Shown here in pieces: positions 48,790-58,488 of a DNA stretch of 64,000 nucleotides. Every line of letters begins with the position of its first letter. The first letter of the stretch is position 1. The notes beneath the pieces were generated by a model. The model searched no databases. It saw only the letters and a list, made by a program, of their open reading frames with translations, and was not told where the DNA came from. The position numbers were made by a program, and so were the translations under genes. The stretch comes from a virus. The stretch spans positions 13,246 through 77,245 of the IMG/VR virus record IMGVR_UViG_3300034092_001898. One strand, written 5' to 3'.

Positions 48790-49124
48790 AAAGGCCGAAT
48801 GCGTTGCAATGGCACGATAGCACTAATCCGCACTCCATTGCTCCATCTGACCGTGGCACAACGCCTATTCCCGTGTTTCTCCAGCCCTTCTAGCGTGCCT
48901 TCAATGGCAGTGGCCATCCATCCTGCGGCAGTCCACTTCACCATCACTACAGCCTCTCCTGGCGTCCACTGGTAGCCCTTGGGTGATGGCGGGAGGTAGT
49001 GGCGGCGGGCAATCCACCCATCCGGTTTCGGTCCCCCCGCATTATCCACATGCTCAATTCTGTAGCAATAATGTGCCCTTCTGTCTAGCCTAGTCGTGTA
49101 GACCAAGCGTTTCTCAATCGTCAT
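48753..49124 (-). CDS. Hypothetical protein (start uncertain)
   Basis: Overlaps the thyX start; SH3-like C-terminus. Confidence 0.45.
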   Translation of the reverse strand: MTIEKRLVYTTRLDRRAHYCYRIEHVDNAGGPKPDGWIARRHYLPPSPKGYQWTPGEAVVMVKWTAAGWMATAIEGTLEGLEKHGNRRCATVRWSNGVRISAIVPLQRIRPLWLVKGEISGSR

Positions 49125-49476
49125 GGCCTTTACGTTTCCCGTTGTGGCTAGTTACAATGGCCGCAAGCTTCTAATTACCATGGGTCCTTTTGATCACACC
49201 GTCGAACGCGAGTTTTCCTTGGCCGCAGCCAAGACCGCAGTGGATAATTGCACTGACTTTAACGGCTTGAAGCAAAAAACCAAGGATCTCGTTGATGCCT
49301 ATGGCGCTTTGCAAACTGCTTTTCAAGGGCTGATGCTTGAAAACATCAGGTTTCGCCAGACGATTGAATCACAGGCTGCTGATCTAGCGGCGGCAGATGC
49401 TCTACTCCAGGAATGTGCTTCCCGGAACGGCTCAGGATGGTGGCGGCAATTAGCTCGTACCATCTTCGCTCGCTAA
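49123..49476 (+). CDS. Hypothetical coiled-coil protein
   Basis: Phage-like codon usage. Confidence 0.6.
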   Translation: MAFTFPVVASYNGRKLLITMGPFDHTVEREFSLAAAKTAVDNCTDFNGLKQKTKDLVDAYGALQTAFQGLMLENIRFRQTIESQAADLAAADALLQECASRNGSGWWRQLARTIFAR

Positions 49477-49855
49477 CCATTCGTGGCGTAACCAAAAAGA
49501 TTACCCATCCATCAGCAGATGCCAAGTTGTACTTAGTGGCATCACGCTCATAGCCCATTCCCTGTACGTGGCGGCCTCCCGTGTAGATGCCGCCTTGGAT
49601 TTCAATTCCAACTTTGCTTTCTTCGTGGGCAAAGTCCAGGCGATAGCGACGGCTGCGTTTACTTTTCCTTAATCTTTGCGCATAGTCATCCTCCCATGTT
49701 GGAATGTCGTCAAACTCGCTCAGTAGAGGAATGTTAGGAAAGTTGTAAGTCCATGCGCCCCAAAACTTTCGCTCTAAAGAACTTGCCTTGCTAGGTAGTG
49801 TCGGAGAGTTTTGCCTGGGCACGGGCTGCAAATAACTTCTTGATAGTCTAAACAA
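49346..49855 (-). CDS. Vsr/DUF559-like endonuclease
   Basis: RRYRLDFA..IEIQGG..GRH..D..KYN.A...GW. Confidence 0.8.
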   Translation of the reverse strand: MFRLSRSYLQPVPRQNSPTLPSKASSLERKFWGAWTYNFPNIPLLSEFDDIPTWEDDYAQRLRKSKRSRRYRLDFAHEESKVGIEIQGGIYTGGRHVQGMGYERDATKYNLASADGWVIFLVTPRMVSERRWYELIAATILSRSGKHIPGVEHLPPLDQQPVIQSSGET

Positions 49856-49875
49856 AAAGAGGGCCAGAGGCCCTC
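49854..49875 (-). terminator. Intrinsic terminator after the dCTP deaminase gene
   Basis: GAGGGCC-TCT-GGCCCTC-TTTTT on the minus strand. Confidence 0.65.
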
Positions 49876-49890
49876 AGTCATCACTTGCCT

Positions 49891-50472
49891 TCAGACCGTG
49901 GCTACCATCAGCGACTTTGCGCCCTGATACTGCCCCTCATACGGCTTTGCCACTTCTCCGCAATCGGCCATTACGATCTGGGCAATGCCTTCATTGGCCC
50001 AAATCCGGGCAAACATTGGCGTGGGGTTGACAATCGAAATCGTCAAGTGGCCACACCATCCCGGCTCGATGGGCGTGATATTGGCAATGATGCCAAGGCG
50101 GGCATAGGTGGACTTGCCGAAACCAAACGCCATGACGTGTGCGGGCATGGTAAATAGTTCCACAGAAGCCCCCAAAGCCGAACAATGGGGAGGCAGCCAG
50201 AAAAAGCTCCCTTCATCGGTGGTTTGCAGTTCTGCCGTGACTGGCTCAATCATGTGCCCAAGTTTGGGGCACAAAAACACCGGATAATCCTCCGGGGGCG
50301 TAAAGACAAGAAACCGCTCAGGGGACAACGTGATGTCATAGCCCGCTTGGCTCAGGCCAAAAGATACTGCCTTTTGCCCATTGTCATTCGTGCGCCGCTT
50401 CTCTCCATGGAAAGGAAAAAACACATCCTTGTCGTCCTGCAAGGCTTGCAGGGCTTTGTCGTTGTAGATCAT
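49891..50472 (-). CDS. dcd: dCTP deaminase
   Basis: SFGLSQAGYD, GKSTYARLG, TPIEPGW.G, EGIAQ, Y.GQYQ. Confidence 0.92.
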   Translation of the reverse strand: MIYNDKALQALQDDKDVFFPFHGEKRRTNDNGQKAVSFGLSQAGYDITLSPERFLVFTPPEDYPVFLCPKLGHMIEPVTAELQTTDEGSFFWLPPHCSALGASVELFTMPAHVMAFGFGKSTYARLGIIANITPIEPGWCGHLTISIVNPTPMFARIWANEGIAQIVMADCGEVAKPYEGQYQGAKSLMVATV

Positions 50473-50481
50473 GGTGAAGAA

Positions 50482-50892
50482 TTAAAGACTTTGGACTTTG
50501 TGCTTAAACTCAACCCATTCGGGCTCATGCCAGCAGTGGCTGCCTTTGCGCATTTCGTCGTCCATTACATAGTCTTTGGCTTCCTGCAAGGACGAAAACC
50601 AGCGAACGCCATTCTCAAGGCTGTTGATCAATTCATCAATTTCGGCGTAAGTTCCGCAAGCCTGCAGAGCATCGCAAACACAGCATGATCCAAAGCTGAA
50701 AACTAAAAAGCCAAAGCCTTTAGCGTCGTCTTGAAGGATTGCAACTGTGTCGCCTTGGTATGATCCAATGTCTGCCTCTGTCAGGACTGTCCCAAAACTG
50801 TGGATGATCGGATAGTAGTCTGCTACGAAAGGAAACTCGCCGCGATGATTGCGAGGGTACAGGGCTTCTGCTCGACTCATGGTTTCTGTCAT
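50482..50892 (-). CDS. Hypothetical phage protein
   Basis: SYQGD..FGSCCVCDALQ motif. Confidence 0.7.
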   Translation of the reverse strand: MTETMSRAEALYPRNHRGEFPFVADYYPIIHSFGTVLTEADIGSYQGDTVAILQDDAKGFGFLVFSFGSCCVCDALQACGTYAEIDELINSLENGVRWFSSLQEAKDYVMDDEMRKGSHCWHEPEWVEFKHKVQSL

Positions 50893-50973
50893 GGTGAAGG
50901 AATTGGGGAAAGGAGGGCCACTGCAATGCACAATGCAAGAAACAGCACTCCCACTACAAAACGGGCGGCTAGA

Positions 50974-51219
50974 TCAAAAAACGTCGCTTTCGTCATTCAC
51001 CCACATGGAGACATAGCCCTTGCCTTGGGTTGCATCCCGGTCTCCCTTGATTTTCACACTGCCAGTGTGAGAAGGGGAGTTGTCGCTACGACGCTCCCGA
51101 GCTTCCCAACAGGCGAAGTCTAGGCTGTAGCGACCACGCTCGTTAGGGCCTTTGGCTTTGAGCGCGTTGAGGAGTTCGGGCGTCAGGTCGATTGCGCCAC
51201 TGTACGGAGGACGAGCCAT
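50974..51219 (-). CDS. Putative small ssDNA-binding protein
   Basis: W..SDNSPSHTGSV with acidic-Phe tail; downstream of the exonuclease and Sak genes. Confidence 0.5.
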   Translation of the reverse strand: MARPPYSGAIDLTPELLNALKAKGPNERGRYSLDFACWEARERRSDNSPSHTGSVKIKGDRDATQGKGYVSMWVNDESDVF

Positions 51220-51264
51220 TTTCTTGGTTGGTGAGAAAGTGCCTTGCGGCTCGCCAATCGTAGC

Positions 51265-52020
51265 CTATCCCCTGTCCATTGTCAAGGTGAAAGGCTGGCC
51301 GCCAGGGTAGTGTTCCCCAAAATACTGTACGGTACGCTGCCGTACAAGGCCGCCTAGGGCTATTAGCTCCCCTCCATCGGCTTCAATGATCTGCCGTGAA
51401 GGCTTACTGTTGGGATCTTCTGGGTCATAAACGGCAATCACGCATAATGCGCGATCAATCTCAATGTCATACATTTGCTCAATCGCTTGCGCATAGCCGC
51501 CAAGTTGTTGACGATAATCGGCCAGTTGATAATCCGGCTTTTCCTTGTAGGAAGTTTTCCAGTCAATCAGCACATATTGTCCGCGAATAATGGCAAGTTG
51601 GTCAAACGTGCCAGTGTAACCAAAGCCAGGGCCAAAGCCATAAGCAATAGCACTTTCAGCCAGTACGCATTGGTCAATGGTCAAGAGAAAGTCATAAATG
51701 GCATCAAAGTATGGGCGATACTTGGGACTTAATTCAAGTGCCGTTTCAATGTCTTGTTCATCAAAGAAGTCTTCAATGACTTTGTGCATCCAAGTGCCGC
51801 GATCAGCAGCCATTTTGGTGCGACGATTTGCCTCTTCCGCTCCTACTCGTTTGCGCCAATTCATCAGCGCCATGATCTTGCCCACTGGAGCAGTGGCAGA
51901 CAAAACTGTAGTCATGCTGGGCAACACCCACCCCTCTGGGACTGAAGGCAGGCCAGGCGGCACGATGTAATGCCGCTTGCCATTGATGCTGATTCGATTG
52001 GGAGGGAAATGCTGAAGCAT
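51265..52020 (-). CDS. PD-(D/E)xK exonuclease (recombination)
   Basis: PSMTTVLS, WRKRVG, RGTWMH, YTGTFD, IDWKTS, QLGGYA. Confidence 0.9.
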   Translation of the reverse strand: MLQHFPPNRISINGKRHYIVPPGLPSVPEGWVLPSMTTVLSATAPVGKIMALMNWRKRVGAEEANRRTKMAADRGTWMHKVIEDFFDEQDIETALELSPKYRPYFDAIYDFLLTIDQCVLAESAIAYGFGPGFGYTGTFDQLAIIRGQYVLIDWKTSYKEKPDYQLADYRQQLGGYAQAIEQMYDIEIDRALCVIAVYDPEDPNSKPSRQIIEADGGELIALGGLVRQRTVQYFGEHYPGGQPFTLTMDRG

Positions 52021-52022
52021 GG

Positions 52023-52499
52023 TCAAGACGGGAGTAGGTAAGCATAGCGGCCAGCATAATGGCTGGACACCCATCGTCCGTCAAAGGTTTTGATAATCTT
52101 ATTGACCATGGATCTTAATTGACGTTTTTGCACGTTCCAGCTTAAGCCCACCCAGTATTCCCGCTTTGGTAATTTGAGCGCGTTGTAATCATCATGCAAT
52201 AGCCAATGGGCCACCATTGTATCAATGATGAAAAGCGAACCAGGTTTAAGGCTTGCTTCCTTTGGCAAGTAGCGTATGTCGGAAACAAAATGATCTCCAC
52301 ACGCAATCGTCATGATGACAAAGTATAGACTACCCATGTGTGAATCATCATGCGGCGGGCAACTGTAGCACCCTAGAAGGTCCGGTATGACATTGTTGAT
52401 TGCCAAGTCGTATTGGCGCCCCCCAAAAGTTAACTCAGTAGCGCGTCTTGGATAATTGCGCCTGTCAATGTCAGGTGCTTTGCATTGTGCGATTAGCAT
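52023..52499 (-). CDS. Cupin/2OG-Fe(II)-like protein
   Basis: PPHDD...LKPGSLFIID..HWL (HxD...H). Confidence 0.55.
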   Translation of the reverse strand: MLIAQCKAPDIDRRNYPRRATELTFGGRQYDLAINNVIPDLLGCYSCPPHDDSHMGSLYFVIMTIACGDHFVSDIRYLPKEASLKPGSLFIIDTMVAHWLLHDDYNALKLPKREYWVGLSWNVQKRQLRSMVNKIIKTFDGRWVSSHYAGRYAYLLPS

Positions 52500-52554
52500 T
52501 GTTCTTCGGGGATGATGATGGTTCCGGCAAAGGCCCGCGCAAGGCGGGCCATGG

Positions 52555-53058
52555 TCAAGACGGGAGTAAGCAAGCATAGCGGCTATCACCAGACCAGCGC
52601 GTCCATTGACCATGGAATTGGTCCACTACTGCCTTTACGAAAGATTTGAGCCCATCAGCACTGCCACTGGGATCTTGTTTGGGCACTTCCCATTGAATGC
52701 CAAGCCAATATCCTCGGCGCCTAAATCTTGATGAGGACTCCGGTTCTTGATAAAGCCAGTGCAATTCTTCGGGATCAACAATCACTAAGTCTCCCTTTGC
52801 AAGGGCGTATTCTTTTGGATATGCGGTGGCATCCGAGAGTACATGGTGATAGCTTTGGGCTACAAGTGTAACAAACCAAAAAAGTTTGTAACCATCATCG
52901 CAGTGCGGGACTGCTTGGTAGCATCCGACCAGCTTCGCCTCTATGTTGTTCACAGTAAAATTGCCTGGCAGCAAGCCAGTCTCAATCTCCTCTTTGTTTT
53001 GATGGAGGCACCACACTTCCTCTATTCGTGGTACTTTGCAATGGTTAGCAATTAGCAT
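52555..53058 (-). CDS. Cupin/2OG-Fe(II)-like protein, paralog of 52023
   Basis: VPHCD...LAKGDLVIVD..HWL. Confidence 0.55.
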   Translation of the reverse strand: MLIANHCKVPRIEEVWCLHQNKEEIETGLLPGNFTVNNIEAKLVGCYQAVPHCDDGYKLFWFVTLVAQSYHHVLSDATAYPKEYALAKGDLVIVDPEELHWLYQEPESSSRFRRRGYWLGIQWEVPKQDPSGSADGLKSFVKAVVDQFHGQWTRWSGDSRYACLLPS

Positions 53059-53119
53059 TGGTCTTCGGGGATAATGATGGTTCCGGCAAAGGCCCGCGCA
53101 AGGCGGGCCGCTGCCACGA

Positions 53120-53986
53120 TTACTTTTTTTCCTCTACGAATTTGGCAATAAAGGCAATCGCCTCTTGTGCGCCATTCTCTGCTTCAGCTTGCATTGCTTC
53201 CATTTGCTTGGTCATCGCAGCCTTTGTAATTTTGATGCCATTGTCCTTGACCCAGGTTGCCATCATTGTTTGACACAAAAGGCCAAACTGTTGGGGCGTT
53301 TTAAGGTCTACGGAAGTCTTCAGGCCCATTGTTTCCAATGCGCCCTTAGCCAAGACAATCACCGCTTGACGATCCATTCCAAAAATGCCAGCATTGGCAA
53401 GCGCAAGCGCTGCCGCACGGCCATCGAAAGGCGCACTGTCAGGCTGCTCACTGGTCTCGGCTGACCTTACGGACGCCGAAGCAGTAGCAGACTCTGGAGT
53501 GGAGGATACCTGAGTGGAATCATCGCGGGGAATGTCCTCCCCTGAATAGAGCTTCAAGCCCAATCCGGTGAACGTGGCGATTGTTTTTACTGTGGCACGC
53601 TGCACGTTGTCACTGATAGCCCTAGCATCCAAAGCCTGAATGGAGTTATGCTTGTTGTCCATGATTGGAAACACAAGCGCCGTTGTGCGCTTCACTCCAT
53701 CGGTGATGAAAGGCCGAAGGATATAGGCGCCAGGCTCTCCAAATACGGGCCAGCCATTTTTACTCTCCTCAAACTGAACATACAGTCCAGGAAAATGCTC
53801 GTAGAAGTAGCGGAATGCAAAAGGCCACGACAGATAGGAAAGGCCCTTGTAGTTCTTTTCGACGTGCTCACCAATAGGAAGTTCGTATGCAGCCTTGAAC
53901 TTTTCGTAGCTGATTTCCAAAGGTGCAAACAATCCCAAGGCGCGATCAGTCAAAGTGGCCAGAGCGGCATTTTGTTCATCAGTCAT
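53120..53986 (-). CDS. Sak/Rad52-like single-strand annealing protein (DUF1071)
   Basis: LSYLSW, FPIMDNKH, QRATVKTIA, GLGLKLYSGEDIP. Confidence 0.88.
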   Translation of the reverse strand: MTDEQNAALATLTDRALGLFAPLEISYEKFKAAYELPIGEHVEKNYKGLSYLSWPFAFRYFYEHFPGLYVQFEESKNGWPVFGEPGAYILRPFITDGVKRTTALVFPIMDNKHNSIQALDARAISDNVQRATVKTIATFTGLGLKLYSGEDIPRDDSTQVSSTPESATASASVRSAETSEQPDSAPFDGRAAALALANAGIFGMDRQAVIVLAKGALETMGLKTSVDLKTPQQFGLLCQTMMATWVKDNGIKITKAAMTKQMEAMQAEAENGAQEAIAFIAKFVEEKK

Positions 53987-54161
53987 GATTCCAGTTTTCA
54001 TTGCAAAGGACAAGCCCTTCATGGGCGGGAGTGGAGCGTAAAAGCCGCTCCAAGGTTTCGCTGCGGCTTAGGTCGGCACTAGCCGCCAGTGCGCATAGAC
54101 GGGATAGGGCTGTGGGGGTTAAGGCAAAATGGATTTTGCGCTTAGGTTGGTCGTAAAGCAT
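53979..54161 (-). CDS. Ribbon-helix-helix (CopG-like) protein
   Basis: KIHFALTPTALSRL..LSRSETLERLLR. Confidence 0.75.
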   Translation of the reverse strand: MLYDQPKRKIHFALTPTALSRLCALAASADLSRSETLERLLRSTPAHEGLVLCNENWNHD

Positions 54162-54313
54162 CAGCAGAACATCGGCAGGGGGGGGGATGGAGCCACCCCA
54201 CAATAGGCCAACTGGCCCCACCTTTCCCGTTTTCGGCCATAAGGCTTGCTTATGAGCCGGGGATGACCAAGGCTGGCGCGAGGTGCGACAATGGCAAAGC
54301 GCATTCCATTGCC

Positions 54314-56290
54314 ATGTCATTTTCAATCCTAGACCACTTGGACGCGCTGACTCCTGCCAAGGAAAGCGGAAAATACATTTGCCCAGCCTGTCAAGGCAAC
54401 AATCTTTCCATCAATAAAACCACAGGCGCATATACTTGCTTCCAGGACCCTTCACCTAGCCACCGCGCAGAAATTCGCAATATCCTAGCTCCTATGGAAC
54501 GATGGGAAAAGCCACGGCGACAATCAGGTTTTCACCAATTCCCTTACAAGAACAGGGCAGGCGAAACGATTGTTGTTGTCAACAGGAAAGACGATGGAGA
54601 AAATGACAGCAAACGCATCTGGCAAGATTTCCCTACCATCGACACCAATTCACCGTCAGCCAAGCTCCAACTTCAAGAGGCAAAAGCTACAATCCTGCCC
54701 TATCGCTATCACGAAGCCAAGGAAGTCAGCAATGAAAATGGCCTGCCAATCTTTATCGTTGAAGGAGAACTAAAGGCTGACGCCCTATGGGAGATTGGTC
54801 TACCAGCTATTAGCTTTCTTGGTGGTAGCAAGCAATATCGCAGTAATGGCGATTATTCCACCATCTTTCGTGACCATCGCCTCGTCCTGTGCCCTGATCG
54901 TGATGAGCCTGGAGTGGCCTTCATGCGGGAAGTTGAGGCTGACAATCCTGGTGCGCAATGGCTCTATGCCGATGGTGATTCGTGGGAGTGGGATAACCTC
55001 CCCAGTAAGAATGGCTATGACATTGGTGATTGGATTCAATCTGAAGGTGCAACAAAGGACGATTTGCTGTCCGCCATTGTCTCTAAAGGGCGCCACCACA
55101 ATGCTGACGGCAAGCCAGGTTATGACGAAATTATCTCCTCCATTGAGGACTTTGTTGGCCTATTTGGCAATAACGATGCCCGCATTTACTACGAAACTGC
55201 AGCATGGCTAGAGCGCAAGGGCATCAAAATGCCGCAGCAAAACATTGATAAGCTCGTAGAAGAAGCCAAGGGACGAGTTCATGGTCGTGAAAACATTGAA
55301 ACCATTGATGCCTTGACCATTGCCAATAACGATCAGTGCAGGGAATGGCTTATTGCTGGTATTGTGCCGCAGGGGACAGTAATGCTTTTGGCCGCTCAAG
55401 GAGGTTGCGGTAAAAGCAGTTTGCTTTACAACTGGGCCTTATGTATTGCACTAGGAAAACCATGGAGCAATAGACGATGCGCAAAGGGCAAGGTTTTGAT
55501 TATCCAAAGTGATGAACCATTGGTAGACACTACAGAAAAACTTGCCGTTATTGGCTATGGCGATGCTGGGTTAGAGCCTGGCATGATTGGCTTTTGGGAA
55601 AACTGGCGCTTTGCTCACATCAAGCAACTGGAGGAGTTTATCCGCAAGAATCGTCCTAGTTTTGTAGTCATTGATAGCTTGACTTCCTGCCTGTCCGGCA
55701 TGAACATTGACCTAACCAAAAGCTCTAGCGGAGACGTGATTTACGGCCTTCGTGATTTGGCCAATCAGTATCAATGCAGTATTGTTATCCTCCACCACTT
55801 GAATAAAAGTGGAGGGTTGCGTGATAGCAGCGCTTTCGTTGATAACGTGAGCGAAGTGATTAAGTTTAATCGGATGGAAGGTGGGTATGACAATAACCAG
55901 TTTACGATTGAATGGCTCAAGAGCCGCGCAGGACTAAGTGGTAAGCATATCCTGATTCGGGAGCCAATGAATTACGGTTGGCGCTATGGAGGGCCACTGG
56001 GAGGTAGTCTGGATGAACTAGAGGCAGTGGTCACGGCGTTGAGTACGAGGCGCAATGAAAGGCTGTCCTGCAGGCAAGTTGCGGCCATTATTGGCTCCTG
56101 GGACGTTGGTGGCACTCGCAAGATGCTAGAAGTCGCCAGGCGGCAGGGGCTAATCACTAGCTCATGGCAAACAGGCCCCAACGGAGAAAGGGATAGGCTT
56201 TATCAGGATTGGAGCTATTCGCCCTTTATCGAGAATCCAACTACAGAGACCAGCACAGAGCCGCAACCTGAGGACGACGATTTCTTCTAG
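54314..56290 (+). CDS. Primase-helicase (Zn finger, TOPRIM, AAA_25)
   Basis: CPAC..YTCF, IVEGELKAD, PDRDEPG, AQGGCGKS, VVIDSL, ILHHLNK. Confidence 0.92.
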   Translation: MSFSILDHLDALTPAKESGKYICPACQGNNLSINKTTGAYTCFQDPSPSHRAEIRNILAPMERWEKPRRQSGFHQFPYKNRAGETIVVVNRKDDGENDSKRIWQDFPTIDTNSPSAKLQLQEAKATILPYRYHEAKEVSNENGLPIFIVEGELKADALWEIGLPAISFLGGSKQYRSNGDYSTIFRDHRLVLCPDRDEPGVAFMREVEADNPGAQWLYADGDSWEWDNLPSKNGYDIGDWIQSEGATKDDLLSAIVSKGRHHNADGKPGYDEIISSIEDFVGLFGNNDARIYYETAAWLERKGIKMPQQNIDKLVEEAKGRVHGRENIETIDALTIANNDQCREWLIAGIVPQGTVMLLAAQGGCGKSSLLYNWALCIALGKPWSNRRCAKGKVLIIQSDEPLVDTTEKLAVIGYGDAGLEPGMIGFWENWRFAHIKQLEEFIRKNRPSFVVIDSLTSCLSGMNIDLTKSSSGDVIYGLRDLANQYQCSIVILHHLNKSGGLRDSSAFVDNVSEVIKFNRMEGGYDNNQFTIEWLKSRAGLSGKHILIREPMNYGWRYGGPLGGSLDELEAVVTALSTRRNERLSCRQVAAIIGSWDVGGTRKMLEVARRQGLITSSWQTGPNGERDRLYQDWSYSPFIENPTTETSTEPQPEDDDFF

Positions 56291-56302
56291 GGACTAAGCA
56301 AT

Positions 56303-56322
56303 GCCCCCTCACGGGGGCTTTA
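56303..56322 (+). terminator. Intrinsic terminator
   Basis: GCCCCC-TCAC-GGGGGC-TTT. Confidence 0.65.
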
Positions 56323-56354
56323 TTATTGGAAAGGACTTCATTAGCACGCTAGGC

Positions 56355-56519
56355 ATGGCCATCATTTACGACAACGGCTTTGGCAACAAAAAAGCCGAGG
56401 ATCAAACCCCGGCTCAAGAGAACAATGGAGCAAAGCCTAGTTCCAACAATCAGACAGAAAAGGCTGCAGAAGGATTGTACGCTCGACCAGTGAAAGCGGC
56501 AGAGACAAAAGCCGAATAA
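56355..56519 (+). CDS. Small hydrophilic protein
   Basis: ATG downstream of the terminator. Confidence 0.5.
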   Translation: MAIIYDNGFGNKKAEDQTPAQENNGAKPSSNNQTEKAAEGLYARPVKAAETKAE

Positions 56520-57219
56520 GGCACCAGCGTTTGCGAATAGCGAACGCCTCGGAAGGTTTCATGGTTTCCTCGCTGAAGCAGGAATGATGCGGCACTCGGC
56601 TACGTACGTGGCGCCATATCTATTGCCAACCATGGCTTGCCGATTTAGCGCAGCTTGCAAGCTGCTGGAGTTCAGGATTGGGGTCTCAAAGGCGCTCGGT
56701 ACCCCACCCCCATTGCTGTCATCGTCATCGACCACCATCACGTAGAACGCCTCTGCGCCAGAGAGGATTGCTGGGGGGATCTGGCTAGCTTTAGGGTCGC
56801 TGATCAGTTCAGCAAGGCGAACTGAAGTCAGTGCGCCGGGGACGCCGGGGGCTTCGCCATCGCTGGTGTACCAATAATCACCAATCAGCCACGAACCATT
56901 CGAGTCGCCATGTTTTACGACTCGCACCCTGCCATCCTCACAGCGCCAGACCTGGCCTATGGAGATGTCGGGGAACCGCCAGCCATGGCAGTGACGCCAG
57001 GGGGTGCCCAGTCCGACGTTAACACGGTGCATGTATGCCAACACGGTAGATTTAGGCGAAAGCTGAACTTTGACATCGTCGTTGTCATTCGCGTCCACCG
57101 GCAACGGCCGGCGGTCTGTGATCCACATGGAGTCTTGGTTATCAGTTGTCATGAGAAATGAAAAGAATAAGCGGCAGAGACAAAAGCCGAGTAAGGCATT
57201 GGCGTTTGCGAATAGCGAA
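56494..57219. repeat. 51-nt direct repeat flanking ORF 56559-57152
   Basis: AAGCGGCAGAGACAAAAGCCGA..GCGTTTGCGAATAGCGAA at 56494-56544 and 57169-57219. Confidence 0.9.
56559..57152 (-). CDS. Modular hypothetical protein
   Basis: WITDRRP domain, GQVW module and AECRIIP C-terminal domain. Confidence 0.75.
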   Translation of the reverse strand: MTTDNQDSMWITDRRPLPVDANDNDDVKVQLSPKSTVLAYMHRVNVGLGTPWRHCHGWRFPDISIGQVWRCEDGRVRVVKHGDSNGSWLIGDYWYTSDGEAPGVPGALTSVRLAELISDPKASQIPPAILSGAEAFYVMVVDDDDSNGGGVPSAFETPILNSSSLQAALNRQAMVGNRYGATYVAECRIIPASARKP

Positions 57220-57233
57220 TACTTCGGGATTAT

Positions 57234-57935
57234 TCATGGCTGTTGCGTGAGGAGAGGAATAATGCGGCATTCCGCAATGTAAGACACAGGATACTGTTGA
57301 GCCAGTTTAAGGCGCTGCTCCAGCGCGGCAGTCAGAGTGGTTGCCTCTGGAATGGGTGTTTCCCATACCAGTTTTTCCCCATCGAGATTATTGACTACCA
57401 CCACGTAGAATGGTTCATCACCATTCACAATCGCTGGAGGAATGTGGGGTGCGGAAGAATTAGTAGTGGAAACATCAGACGATGGAACCGAAATAACGAT
57501 TGGGCTGGACTTGGGGGTGGGCTCAGGGGAAGCAGGAGCAGCGTCACTAATCAGAGACACTAGCCGTAGATGACTGCCATCTTGCAGGGGCTCGCCATTG
57601 CCTTCGTAAAAAAAGCCATCTGCAACAAATAGTGTTTTACCCTGCTCAGTACACGTCCACTCTTCAAGTACCACATCCTTCCCGTCAGCCCTTTTCCAGG
57701 ATTGCCCGGCAGCAAGCCAAGGCACCAGCAAAGAGACAAGATCATCTTCGTGATTGCCAGAGCCAAGAAGGCTCCAGCCATTTAGGTTATGCCAGTGCTT
57801 ACCATAGAGATTTGTTAAAACACAAAACTCGTCGTCACGAGAAACAGAGAGAATCGTGCAAGTGTCGCCTTTCCTTGTGCGCCAAACTTGCCCAACTTGA
57901 AGACGGGGAAACTTGGCCATGGTCGAGTCAGTCAT
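57234..57935 (-). CDS. Modular hypothetical protein, paralog of 56559
   Basis: Two GQxW modules and AECRIIP C-terminal domain. Confidence 0.75.
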   Translation of the reverse strand: MTDSTMAKFPRLQVGQVWRTRKGDTCTILSVSRDDEFCVLTNLYGKHWHNLNGWSLLGSGNHEDDLVSLLVPWLAAGQSWKRADGKDVVLEEWTCTEQGKTLFVADGFFYEGNGEPLQDGSHLRLVSLISDAAPASPEPTPKSSPIVISVPSSDVSTTNSSAPHIPPAIVNGDEPFYVVVVNNLDGEKLVWETPIPEATTLTAALEQRLKLAQQYPVSYIAECRIIPLLTQQP

Positions 57936-58086
57936 GGGGAATGAAGTAGTGGCAGGGTTCGGAGGATGATTGCCGCATGGTAGCGGCTTGGCTATTTCCA
58001 TTGGCTCGTTGTTGCCAACGAGCGCAGTTTTGATGCCATGGACAGGAATGGTCCTGACATCGCGTGTAATCACGAGGTAGAATCAT
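57928..58086 (-). CDS. Small Cys-rich protein
   Basis: DYTRC...CP...CARW...C.YFI. Confidence 0.65.
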   Translation of the reverse strand: MILPRDYTRCQDHSCPWHQNCARWQQRANGNSQAATMRQSSSEPCHYFIPHD

Positions 58087-58125
58087 GTTGTCTTGCCTTA
58101 ATGATGCGGCTGAAGATTGTGGCAA

Positions 58126-58488
58126 TCAATCATTAGGAAGATCGACGACGCGAACCCATTGAAAGCCAGCGGTTGAGGTCCATGCCACGCCGTCCGTGTC
58201 AATGGCGATAAGGATTTCCTCGCCGTTGCTGACGTAGCCGTTGAGGCTTGCAAAGCGGCGGCGCGGCTGGGGCTCGGGCTCGGGCTCGGGCTCGGGCTCT
58301 TGCTTAGGCTGCACCGGCTCACCTGTATAGGCGTTAGTTGGGCGCCGGGAGGGGTCTGGATCTGGGAAGGTGATTGAGCGCGGATATTGGCCCCTGGGGA
58401 TGAAATCCGGCTTTGGCGTCGCGTGCCCGCCGTTGCCGTTGCCGCGCTGAATGCGACCTTCATCAAAGGGGATGAGAGGATCAGTCAT
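58126..58488 (-). CDS. Hypothetical protein with Glu-Pro repeat
   Basis: FDEGRIQRGNGNGG..PKP motif; EPEPEPEPEP. Confidence 0.65.
   Translation of the reverse strand: MTDPLIPFDEGRIQRGNGNGGHATPKPDFIPRGQYPRSITFPDPDPSRRPTNAYTGEPVQPKQEPEPEPEPEPQPRRRFASLNGYVSNGEEILIAIDTDGVAWTSTAGFQWVRVVDLPND

Larger units (their letters stand above)
52018..53109. repeat. Direct repeats bounding two paralogous cassettes
   Basis: 52492-52550 matches 53051-53109; 52018-52051 matches 52550-52583. Confidence 0.9.

Noticed and set aside
51265-52020. Cas4 call for the exonuclease
   Set aside because: Lacks the four-Cys Fe-S pattern; context is a Sak/SSB recombination module
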